In this document: piece by piece, positions 15,846 through 23,674 of the stretch
Layout of the letters: each line of letters begins with the position of its first letter
How positions within the stretch are numbered: the stretch's first letter is position 1
Source: an uncultured Gammaproteobacteria bacterium
Lineage (GTDB): Bacteria; Patescibacteriota; Microgenomatia; Woykebacterales; RBG-16-39-9b
Length of the DNA stretch: 64,000 nucleotides
Direction: 5' to 3'
Assembly (NCBI GenBank): GCA_965231125.1
Contig: OZ246414.1
Span: 145,739 to 209,738, forward strand
Notes under the pieces: generated by a model
Told to the model about the DNA's origin: nothing
Seen by the model: the letters and a program-made list of their open reading frames with translations, nothing else
Database searches by the model: none
Made by a program: the position numbers and the translations under genes

Positions 15846-18800
15846 ATGACGGATATTTTGAAAAATCTTAACAAAGCGCAGCGGCAGGCAGTCACTACCA
15901 CTAAGGGTCCTCTTCTAATCATCGCTGGTGCCGGCACCGGCAAGACCACTGTCATTACGCACCGAATTGCCCACATAATCGAAGAAAAACTCGCCAAGCC
16001 AGCCGAGATTTTAGCGCTTACTTTCACGGAAAAGGCAGCTGGTGAAATGGAGGAGAGAGTCGATGTGCTTGTGCCTTACGGCTATATTGACACTTGGATT
16101 TCTACCTTCCACGCTTTTGGTAACCGAATCTTGCAGGAAAATGCGCTCGATTTGGGGCTCCCCCCGGATTTCAAAATAATGACTCGTCCCCAGCAAATTC
16201 TTTTCTTCCAGCAAAACCTTTTTGCCTTTGGCCTAGATTATTACCGACCTCTTTCCAATCCGACAAAATTTATCGAGGCGATTCTTTCATTCATTAGTCG
16301 CTGTAAGGACGAAGATATTAGTCCGGAGCAATACCTTAACTTCGTCAAGAAATTAAGAATTAAGCGAAGCTTGCGTTCCAACGAACTAAAGAATTTAGAA
16401 TTAAGAAAGAAAAAGAAACTAAAAAAGGAAGAATTGGAAGAAGTTGCTATCGAGTTAAAAAAACAAGAGGAGCTAGCAAGCGTATATAAAAAGTACGAAG
16501 ATCTTAAAGCTTCCGCCGGGTTTTTAGATTTTGGAGATTTAGTGTCTTTGACTCTCCGTTTGTTTCGCAAAAGGCCAAGTATCCGTAAAGAATACCAAGA
16601 GAAATTTAAGTATATTTTAGTTGACGAATATCAAGATACAAACTGGGCACAGAATGAACTGGTAAAATTTTTAGCAAAACCTAAGAACAACGTCTGCGTG
16701 GTAGCTGATGACGATCAGTCCATTTATCGGTTTCGCGGAGCGGCAATTAGTAATGTTTTGGAATTTAAAAAAACTTATCCAAAAGCCAAAATAGTCACCT
16801 TAATTGAAAATTACCGTTCGCTACAGCCGATTTTAGATAGTTCTTACCGTCTGATAAAACACAACGACCCGGACCGTCTAGAAGTTCGCGAAAAAATTAG
16901 CAAAAAACTTATCTCCGTGAGAAACGAAATTGGGGCTCCACCAGTGGAGATTTACGCTGACACGCTAAGTGAAGAAACCGATTTTGTGGCTAAGGAAATT
17001 GAAAAGATGGTAGGGTACAGTCAGCAGGGTGTAGGGGGCAGGAAAAAAAGAAAATCTGTACCCTCAACCCTAAACCCTACACCCTACCGATACAAAGATA
17101 TTGCCATTTTAGTTCGGGCGAATTCTCAAGCGGATCCTTTTCTCCGAGCCCTAAACATGAAAGGAATTCCGCATAAATTCGTTGGCTCTTCTGGCTTGTA
17201 CGGACAGCCGGAGGTGAAGCTTTTAATTTCGTTTTTGGTCGCAGTCGCGAACTTTGATGACAGTTTGAATCTTTACAATCTTGCCTCCTCTGAAATCTAC
17301 CAACTGCCTATCCAGGACGCAATTGTCTGTATGGACTACGCTAAAAGGCGAAACGCAACACTGCGGGGCGTTTTCGAAAAAGTTGCGAGCAAACAAGATA
17401 TAGAGGTTGAAATAAGTGATGAGGGTAAGGCAATTATCGGAAAAATTATCAAAGACCTAAAGAAAAGTGCGCAAGTCTCTGGAAAAGAAAACGTTGGCAG
17501 AATCCTTTATGATTTTCTGAAAGCAACAGGGTACTTGTCTCGTTTGGAAAGAGAGGGTGGTGCTGAGGCAGAAATAAAAATCCAAAATATTGCTCGCTTT
17601 TTCGACAAGATAAGAGAATTTGTCGGTGTTGCCCAAAATGAATCGGTGAGGGCCTTTGTTGATTATTTGGAGACTCTAAGAGGGGCAGGGGATGATCCGG
17701 CAACGGTGGAATTCGACCCGGATTTGGACGCGGTAAATGTTATGACTGTTCACTCCGCTAAGGGTTTAGAATTTCCAGTAGTTTTCATGGTAAATCTTGT
17801 CGCCGATAGATTCCCTTCCAGGGAAAGAAGAGACCCGATCCTTTTACCCGAAGGGTTAATCAAAGAGACTTTACCAGCCGGCGATTATCATATGCAGGAA
17901 GAAAGAAGACTTTTTTACGTTGGGGCCACTCGAGCAATGGACCGACTCTACTTTAGCTGGGCGCGGGATATGGGTGGAAAAAGAATTAAAAAAGTTTCTC
18001 CCTTTGTTTTGGAATCCCTGGATAAAACTGTCTCGGAGGCATCTCTAGTAAAACTATCCCCTGTAGAAAAAATAGAACAGTTTGCGCGCCTTCCAGAAAA
18101 AAATTATAAACTTCCGCAGGCCGGCCAAAAAATAATTAGGCTGACTCAAGGCTCGATCGACGATTACGAAACGTGCGCCTATAAATACCGCTACGCTCAT
18201 GTTCTGCGCTTGCCGATTCTCCGCCACCACACGGTGGTCTACGGTTTTGCGTTGCATTCTGCGGTAGCCTATTTTTATCAGCAAAAAATGCAAGGGAAAA
18301 AGGTAGCCTTACGAGGTCTTCTAAAAGTCTTAGAAGAGACTTGGGTGACCGAAGGGTTCCTTTCCGTCGAGCATGAAGAAAAACGTCTCCTGCAAGCAAA
18401 AAAGGTGCTTGCGAGTTTTTACGAAAGAGAAAAAAATTCAAAGGAACGGCCGACTTTTATTGAGAAAAATTTTCGATTTGCAGTTCGTGATGTGTTGGTT
18501 ACGGGACGGTTTGACCGAGTTGATGTGGATGGCACAAAAGTAAGAATAATCGACTTTAAGTCTGTCGAAAACCGTGACCAAGAAAGTTTATCTAAAGACG
18601 CCAAAGAAAGTGTGCAACTGCGCATTTACTCCCTTGGATATTATCGCGCCTATAAAGTTATACCCGAATTTGTCGGGATTTATGATTTAGAGTCCGGGCT
18701 AGTCGGTGGTTACACGCCAACCGAGGAACTCCTGAAAAAAACTGAAGAAGAAGTTGTCCAAGTGGCTAAAGACGTCCGATCCGATTTGCAAAATGATAAT

Positions 18801-18893
18801 TTTCCTGCCAACCCAAAATATTTCGGTCGCGTCCCCGCCTGCTTCTACTGCGCGTACAATTCTATTTGCCCGTTTTCTTTAGCTAGGGGGTAG
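15846..18893 (+). CDS. UvrD/Rep-family SF1 helicase fused to a C-terminal Cas4/AddB-like PD-(D/E)xK nuclease domain with a 4Fe-4S Cys cluster
   Basis: Walker A GAGTGKTT and helicase motifs through about residue 700. C-terminus carries C...C-x2-C-x5-C (ETCAYKYRY ... CFYCAYNSIC). ATG at 15846 is preferred over TTG at 15840. Confidence 0.8.
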   Translation: MTDILKNLNKAQRQAVTTTKGPLLIIAGAGTGKTTVITHRIAHIIEEKLAKPAEILALTFTEKAAGEMEERVDVLVPYGYIDTWISTFHAFGNRILQENALDLGLPPDFKIMTRPQQILFFQQNLFAFGLDYYRPLSNPTKFIEAILSFISRCKDEDISPEQYLNFVKKLRIKRSLRSNELKNLELRKKKKLKKEELEEVAIELKKQEELASVYKKYEDLKASAGFLDFGDLVSLTLRLFRKRPSIRKEYQEKFKYILVDEYQDTNWAQNELVKFLAKPKNNVCVVADDDQSIYRFRGAAISNVLEFKKTYPKAKIVTLIENYRSLQPILDSSYRLIKHNDPDRLEVREKISKKLISVRNEIGAPPVEIYADTLSEETDFVAKEIEKMVGYSQQGVGGRKKRKSVPSTLNPTPYRYKDIAILVRANSQADPFLRALNMKGIPHKFVGSSGLYGQPEVKLLISFLVAVANFDDSLNLYNLASSEIYQLPIQDAIVCMDYAKRRNATLRGVFEKVASKQDIEVEISDEGKAIIGKIIKDLKKSAQVSGKENVGRILYDFLKATGYLSRLEREGGAEAEIKIQNIARFFDKIREFVGVAQNESVRAFVDYLETLRGAGDDPATVEFDPDLDAVNVMTVHSAKGLEFPVVFMVNLVADRFPSRERRDPILLPEGLIKETLPAGDYHMQEERRLFYVGATRAMDRLYFSWARDMGGKRIKKVSPFVLESLDKTVSEASLVKLSPVEKIEQFARLPEKNYKLPQAGQKIIRLTQGSIDDYETCAYKYRYAHVLRLPILRHHTVVYGFALHSAVAYFYQQKMQGKKVALRGLLKVLEETWVTEGFLSVEHEEKRLLQAKKVLASFYEREKNSKERPTFIEKNFRFAVRDVLVTGRFDRVDVDGTKVRIIDFKSVENRDQESLSKDAKESVQLRIYSLGYYRAYKVIPEFVGIYDLESGLVGGYTPTEELLKKTEEEVVQVAKDVRSDLQNDNFPANPKYFGRVPACFYCAYNSICPFSLARG

Positions 18894-18964
18894 GCATTAG
18901 TTAAGCAAGAGTGGGTTCCTAAGACGACTACAATTATATAATTAACTATCTAATTATACACTGG

Positions 18965-19408
18965 TTAATTAACTCTTCGGCGGTAAAGTTGTTTACTGCC
19001 TTTGAAATATTTTGATTCCTTATCTGCCTTTTCCTCACTTCTATCTTCTTCGATAAGCTTATCTATAAAACCCACGAACTTACCGTTTGCTTTTAAAAGC
19101 AGGTTGGTCATTTTATTAATCGTTGCTCCAGTCACTTTTATTCTCTCCCAAATTTCACCATACGTTAGTCCTTTTCGGCGCAATTTAAAAATTTCCAATC
19201 GTTTGGCAAATGTTTCTATTTCGATAGGCGTTAAAAGATGACTCAGAAATATCTTCGTATCTTCTATAGTGCGACGTTGGTGAACAGACTCGAAAAATTT
19301 ATTAGCCAACCGTTCTTTAATAGCCGGCGTTAGCCTGTGTTTTGAAAGTTGGGTCATATATTTAATTAGATATCTAATTATATAACAAGATAGGTTATGA
19401 GGAGTCAA
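18965..19408 (-). CDS. TrpR-like / YerC-YecD family HTH protein
   Basis: HTH segment LTYGEIWERIKVTGATINKM. True start may be the internal Met at 19357. Flanked by TATCTAATTATA direct repeats. Confidence 0.5.
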   Translation of the reverse strand: MTPHNLSCYIIRYLIKYMTQLSKHRLTPAIKERLANKFFESVHQRRTIEDTKIFLSHLLTPIEIETFAKRLEIFKLRRKGLTYGEIWERIKVTGATINKMTNLLLKANGKFVGFIDKLIEEDRSEEKADKESKYFKGSKQLYRRRVN

Positions 19409-19436
19409 GGGGAAGGGTATTTAGAGCCCATAGGAT

Positions 19437-19465
19437 TTGACAAATGGTTATTTTTGTGGTATAAT
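19437..19465 (+). promoter_or_regulatory. consensus sigma70 promoter TTGACA - 17 nt - TATAAT (cassette C), homologous to promoter at 11117
   Basis: Exact hexamers. About 70% identity to cassette B promoter region over about 55 nt. Confidence 0.6.
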
Positions 19466-19683
19466 TATGAAATAATTACGTGACTATTGAGATAATGAAA
19501 TAGGCACATAATAGGTATAAAATTGAGTGAGTTTAAGTTCGGAAGAAGAAGGAAAGAGATATTTTTGTAGCCGGAACTTTAATAACTATCGGATAGTATT
19601 AAAACTTTTCACCAAGACGTAATTGATTGCGAGGCTCGTTGTCAGTTACGTCTAGGGAGATGAAAAAGAAAGGAGGCGAGAGG

Positions 19684-19764
19684 GATGCGCATAGGTACTT
19701 ACTATGTGGTCAATGGCGTCGTCCACACGAACCGCCAGCTGGCCAACGAATGCAAGAAGGACTA
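19684..19764 (+). CDS. candidate leader peptide uORF (26 aa, MRIGTYYVVNGVVHTNRQLANECKKD)
   Basis: AAAGGAGG lies 7 nt upstream of the ATG. An intrinsic-terminator-like hairpin follows within 25 nt. Confidence 0.3.
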
Positions 19765-19787
19765 GTAAGACCGACATCCCCCGGCAA

Positions 19788-19819
19788 GGACGCTACGTCT
19801 CCCAATAGCGTCACATTTT
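19788..19819 (+). terminator. attenuator-like hairpin GACGCTA-loop-TAGCGTC followed by T-run
   Basis: 7-bp stem, then ACATTTTT. Located in the cassette C leader, after the uORF. Confidence 0.45.
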
Positions 19820-20234
19820 TCAGGAAAGGAGGATTCTCGGCTCATGAAGCGCAAGTAACATGACGGGATAAACTTCTGACTGAATCGCGGGCGCCGGCCG
19901 CAGGTTGGGGGAGTTGCTGCACTATTTATAGAAATAATCAGCAGCACTCCCCCGCCAACCCTTAGAAAAGTTGGCGCGTAAGTAAGTTACGGTCCTTCGA
20001 CAGGCTCAGGATGAAAGGGAGGTGATCATTAGTCCTGAGTCTATCGAAGGATGAGGGTTAGAGTAACACCAAAGCGTTAGAAGCTGAAAGTCTGGCTTGG
20101 AAGATCAAAGGAGGTTGATCACTTTTATCCAGGCCAGCTTTTTGGCTTTTAAGCATAAGGCTTTGATGCCAAAAATTTGACAATCGAATATAGCGGCGCG
20201 GAGGAGCTTGTCTCCCTAGCTTTAGGAGGATGAA

Positions 20235-20822
20235 ATGGTTGCACTAGCAGAACCAATAACAGGTGTAGTTTCTGGTCAGGCGCTTAGAGCGCGTAACGAC
20301 TACAACTATGCCATAATGGCGGTGCGCAGTATCGCCGAGAGTTCGGGTACGGGCGTTTCGTCCGCCCGAAGCCTTTTGGAGGATGCTCGTGTTGCACTCT
20401 CCTGGGACAATTGGGACGTAGCGAGTACCCTGTCGTTGGACGCGGTTGATTTGGCCAACAAGCAGGTCTTTAGGAAAGTCTGGGAACCTCGTTTCGAGGC
20501 AGTCCGGATTGCCTTCCTGGATGCCATCGAGGAGGTTGAGTCGAAGTACCCGAGCCACGACGACCTGTCCGAATTCCAGAACAGGTTCCGTGATATCTAC
20601 AGAGATTTCGCGAACTTGGAACCGGACAGAGGGCAGTCGAACTGTACAGCCAGAAGGCTAGTGGATGAATTGAGCGATATCACACTCAGTATCATCCAGC
20701 GGGGTCACGATCTCAAACGAAATCGTGTACCGGAGAGGAGCAGCAAGCCGATCGACCGGAGTCGTGATCGAGTGAAGCGTCAAGGAAGCCACGGTCCTGG
20801 CCGATACAGCCGTCGCCGCTAA
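20235..20822 (+). CDS. hypothetical 195-aa protein with basic C-terminal tail (GC-rich cassette C)
   Basis: GGAGGA SD 5 nt upstream of the ATG. GC-rich codon usage. A perfect 11-bp hairpin follows at 20843-20872. Confidence 0.5.
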   Translation: MVALAEPITGVVSGQALRARNDYNYAIMAVRSIAESSGTGVSSARSLLEDARVALSWDNWDVASTLSLDAVDLANKQVFRKVWEPRFEAVRIAFLDAIEEVESKYPSHDDLSEFQNRFRDIYRDFANLEPDRGQSNCTARRLVDELSDITLSIIQRGHDLKRNRVPERSSKPIDRSRDRVKRQGSHGPGRYSRRR

Positions 20823-20981
20823 GGGGGTTTGAATCCTCCACCAACGCCAGAAGCCCAAAAACTTCTGGCGTTATCTTTGGAAAAGAAATATAATACGCGC
20901 CAAAAGCGTACAAGGAAAACTAAATAAGGAAGAACGGAGAAGTAAGGTTGCCCCAAAAAGGGCCCCTCCAAAAAGAGGGTA

Positions 20982-22025
20982 GTGGAGAAGGAGAAGTCTG
21001 TGTCTATCGGAGGATTGGTCGAGCGGGTTGTGGAGCTTGCTCTTAACGAGACAACTCCAGAAATAAAGACCCTTGTGGGTCACCGGTTTCCGGATGATGA
21101 TGTGTGGCTCTGCTACTGGATAGCCAGGCGGTGGATCCCAAAGGCTGATAAAGCCGACATCGTTTTCGTCAATGCCGGCGAAACCCTTCCCGGTTCCGAA
21201 GGCGACCCAACGGTTTTACACTTCGACACTGGGCGCGGAAAGTACGACCAGCATAACAAAAGTTTGAAAGGAACTTGCAGTGCCGCCCTCTTGGCGAAGG
21301 AACTGGGTCTTAACGACCCGGGGTTGAAACCACTCATCGATATGGTGACGGCGGTCGACAACGTCGAGCCTTTGTCTCCAATCAGCCTGCACTATGCCAT
21401 CGAAGGGTACCCAAGGCGTTTCAAAAATCCCGACGGTACCATCGACTGGAAGAAAGTCCAGGAGCGGGTGTTCGAGCTTTTCGAGATTATGTATGGGCAA
21501 GAGACCAGTCGGGCAGAAGCGAGAGCAAAATTGCCGACAAACAGTCGCTGGCGGACATTGCCTAATGGTCTTAGGGTGGCCTGGCTGCTTTGGCACCCAG
21601 GGCTGCGAGATGCTGCCTTCGAGAAAAGCGGAAAGGAAGGAACCCCTAACAGAGATAAAGGCGCTTCAGTAGTAGTCTGGACCCAGCCTCAGAAGAAGAA
21701 AGGTTTATATGTTGGGGTCCAGAGAAACCGGGATTATCCGGAACTAAGGCTGGACAAGGTTGTGGCGGCCATCCGCGCAAGCGAGGCCCACGCTCGAAAC
21801 ATCAGCGCCGAAGGTGGCGGTCTTGATTGTGTGGATAAGTGGGAAGGACTTCCCGGCTGGTTTCTGCACGACAGTTTGGCGCTAATCCTGAGCGGAAGTC
21901 CGAAGTGGGAGCTTAAGCCGGAGGAGTTCACTAAGCTTTCCCCCAGTCGGATTGTGGATATAGTGTGCAATGCTCTTGGGAAAATATCCACAAGGGTAGT
22001 AGCAAGCTGGGAGAAAGATCGGTAA
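20982..22025 (+). CDS. hypothetical 347-aa protein; weak DHH/DHHA1-like motifs (H-x-x-P-D-D-D, D-Q-H, GGG)
   Basis: GTG start with a poor SD, so the start is uncertain. Motifs GHRFPDDD, LHFDTGRGKYDQHN and AEGGGLDCV resemble phosphoesterase motifs only loosely. Confidence 0.45.
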   Translation: MEKEKSVSIGGLVERVVELALNETTPEIKTLVGHRFPDDDVWLCYWIARRWIPKADKADIVFVNAGETLPGSEGDPTVLHFDTGRGKYDQHNKSLKGTCSAALLAKELGLNDPGLKPLIDMVTAVDNVEPLSPISLHYAIEGYPRRFKNPDGTIDWKKVQERVFELFEIMYGQETSRAEARAKLPTNSRWRTLPNGLRVAWLLWHPGLRDAAFEKSGKEGTPNRDKGASVVVWTQPQKKKGLYVGVQRNRDYPELRLDKVVAAIRASEAHARNISAEGGGLDCVDKWEGLPGWFLHDSLALILSGSPKWELKPEEFTKLSPSRIVDIVCNALGKISTRVVASWEKDR

Positions 22026-22030
22026 CTGTC

Positions 22031-22075
22031 GGGGTAAGGTTGGTGAATTGAATCACCCCTTACCCCAAATTTTTT
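22031..22075. terminator. bidirectional intrinsic terminator (bulged hairpin GGGGTAAGG...CCTTACCCC + AAATTTTTT)
   Basis: Long GC stem between convergent cassette C ORF and the FemAB-like gene. T-run on plus, A-run upstream for minus. Confidence 0.6.
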
Positions 22076-22946
22076 AGAAAAAGTTGTTTAACAAAAATAT
22101 TAACTTCACGACTGGGTTATAAATTTTTATAAAAGACCCCAAGTACGTAACCTCTTTTCCACCGAAACCTTTTTTGAAATGAGTAAATCCACCCCAGTCT
22201 TTAGTAGCGGGAATTCGTGAATCCTCAATTCCCTCAAAATCAAACTTTTTACAACCTTTCTTTTTAGCAACTTTCATCGCTTCCCAAACTACCAAATACG
22301 GCGCGAGTAAATCTCGTCGATAAGATGAAGAGCCGGCTTCATAATAGTACGCTACCTCTTCAAAAAAAATTAGAAAAGCCCCGGCCAGGACTTTACCGTC
22401 TTTATTTGCAAGAAGAAGAGCTTTATTCTCATCCGGCAGAGCCTTCCACAAGGCTTTAGAATCTCCCGAGGAAACCCAAAATTTTTGCCGCCGGGCGGTT
22501 TCCTGATGCAACTTTAAAAAAGCTTCAAAATCGTTTGCCTTTTCAACCTTTACCCCTTCACGCTCCGATTTTCTGATACTGTACCGAGTGTCCTTTTCCA
22601 TTTTCGCCAGCAGATCTTCTTCGGCTGACGTAAGATCGATAGTAATTGTTTTAGTCGATTGAAGACTCCAATTTTCTTCGACAAATCCGTTGGCACCAAG
22701 CTTTTCTATCAGCCCCTTATCCTCGCCGGTTACGTTTGGCTCAAGTTTCACAAAAAAAACCTTTTCCTTTTTAGCCAGGTGGTCTATCTCCGCAAACAGA
22801 ATTGGAGGATTTACTCGCGGTATCTTTATAATTGAACCAAAGAAAATTTTTCTAATGTACGCTCTTTGCTGCCCTAAAGCCGTACCTCTCCAGCCAATTT
22901 TTTCTAAGTAAGACTGCCACAGAGGCGATTGACGAACATCGGTCAT
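22074..22946 (-). CDS. FemAB-family (GNAT-fold) peptidoglycan interpeptide-bridge aminoacyltransferase-like protein
   Basis: 290 aa. Overall FemX/FemAB-like pattern including ...APYLVVWEAMKVAKKKGCKKFDFEGI. No database check was possible. Confidence 0.5.
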   Translation of the reverse strand: MTDVRQSPLWQSYLEKIGWRGTALGQQRAYIRKIFFGSIIKIPRVNPPILFAEIDHLAKKEKVFFVKLEPNVTGEDKGLIEKLGANGFVEENWSLQSTKTITIDLTSAEEDLLAKMEKDTRYSIRKSEREGVKVEKANDFEAFLKLHQETARRQKFWVSSGDSKALWKALPDENKALLLANKDGKVLAGAFLIFFEEVAYYYEAGSSSYRRDLLAPYLVVWEAMKVAKKKGCKKFDFEGIEDSRIPATKDWGGFTHFKKGFGGKEVTYLGSFIKIYNPVVKLIFLLNNFF

Positions 22947-22978
22947 GTTCTTAGTTTACTTCAAATCGGGAAAAAAGT

Positions 22979-23608
22979 TTACTTGGAGAGAATATAAATA
23001 TCGGTGTAACGGGAGCTCCACCAACCTGTCTTGGTGCTATTAAACCCGAGATCTATCTTGGCGCCTTTTATAGACCCACCAGTGTCGCCAGCAATAGCCT
23101 GTCCATAGCCTGGGACGTAGACTTTTGACCCGAGTGGAATAAACCCTGGATCCACTGCAATTACGCCGTAGCCGGCCCTGAGCCCAGAGGCGGTTATCAA
23201 ATTACACCCGGAACAATTTGGGTCGTAGGAAGTGGCGAAGACACGAAGCTTTCTAGTAAAGTGGAAAGTGCCTTGGTTGGTTTTCAACGATTCGCCGCCG
23301 CCCGCTACCACGTTTTGGGGTTCTTCAGCTCTTACTTCAGTGCCCAAACTTGGCTGCTCCCGCGCTTTGGTGATTTTAGTCAGGATCGGGCCACTACTGG
23401 TATAAATTTGGGGGAAATTGGCGAAGACCCCTTCGGCTAGATTAGTTTTCGCTTGTGTTGCGGCAAAAGAGTTTTGCGCTAGGAAAGCGGCCGAAATCAG
23501 AAAAGCGGCCCCCAAAAACTTTAGAGGGACTCTTCCTATAAAAAGAGTAGAAATATTTTTAGTGGTTGAGAAAGACTCGCTCACCACGCCTGCCAGCTGG
23601 TCGAGCAT
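22979..23608 (-). CDS. 3D-domain (MltA-like) cell-wall-binding protein with N-terminal signal/anchor
   Basis: C-terminal VDPGFIPLGSKVYVPGYGQAIAGDTGGSIKGAKIDL matches the conserved 3D domain. Confidence 0.7.
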   Translation of the reverse strand: MLDQLAGVVSESFSTTKNISTLFIGRVPLKFLGAAFLISAAFLAQNSFAATQAKTNLAEGVFANFPQIYTSSGPILTKITKAREQPSLGTEVRAEEPQNVVAGGGESLKTNQGTFHFTRKLRVFATSYDPNCSGCNLITASGLRAGYGVIAVDPGFIPLGSKVYVPGYGQAIAGDTGGSIKGAKIDLGFNSTKTGWWSSRYTDIYILSK

Positions 23609-23674
23609 ATTTTCTTATATTTTAAAGAAATTCTTCCAATTAGTAAAGTTGACAACAAGTGCTAAAATCCCCAC

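Noticed and set aside
16241-18625. Several 60-110-aa minus-strand ORFs within the helicase-nuclease gene
   Set aside because: All are antisense to a motif-rich coding region and lack SDs.
20176-20181. TTGACA hexamer just upstream of the 195-aa ORF as an internal promoter
   Set aside because: No acceptable -10 hexamer at 16-19 nt spacing. Probably coincidental.
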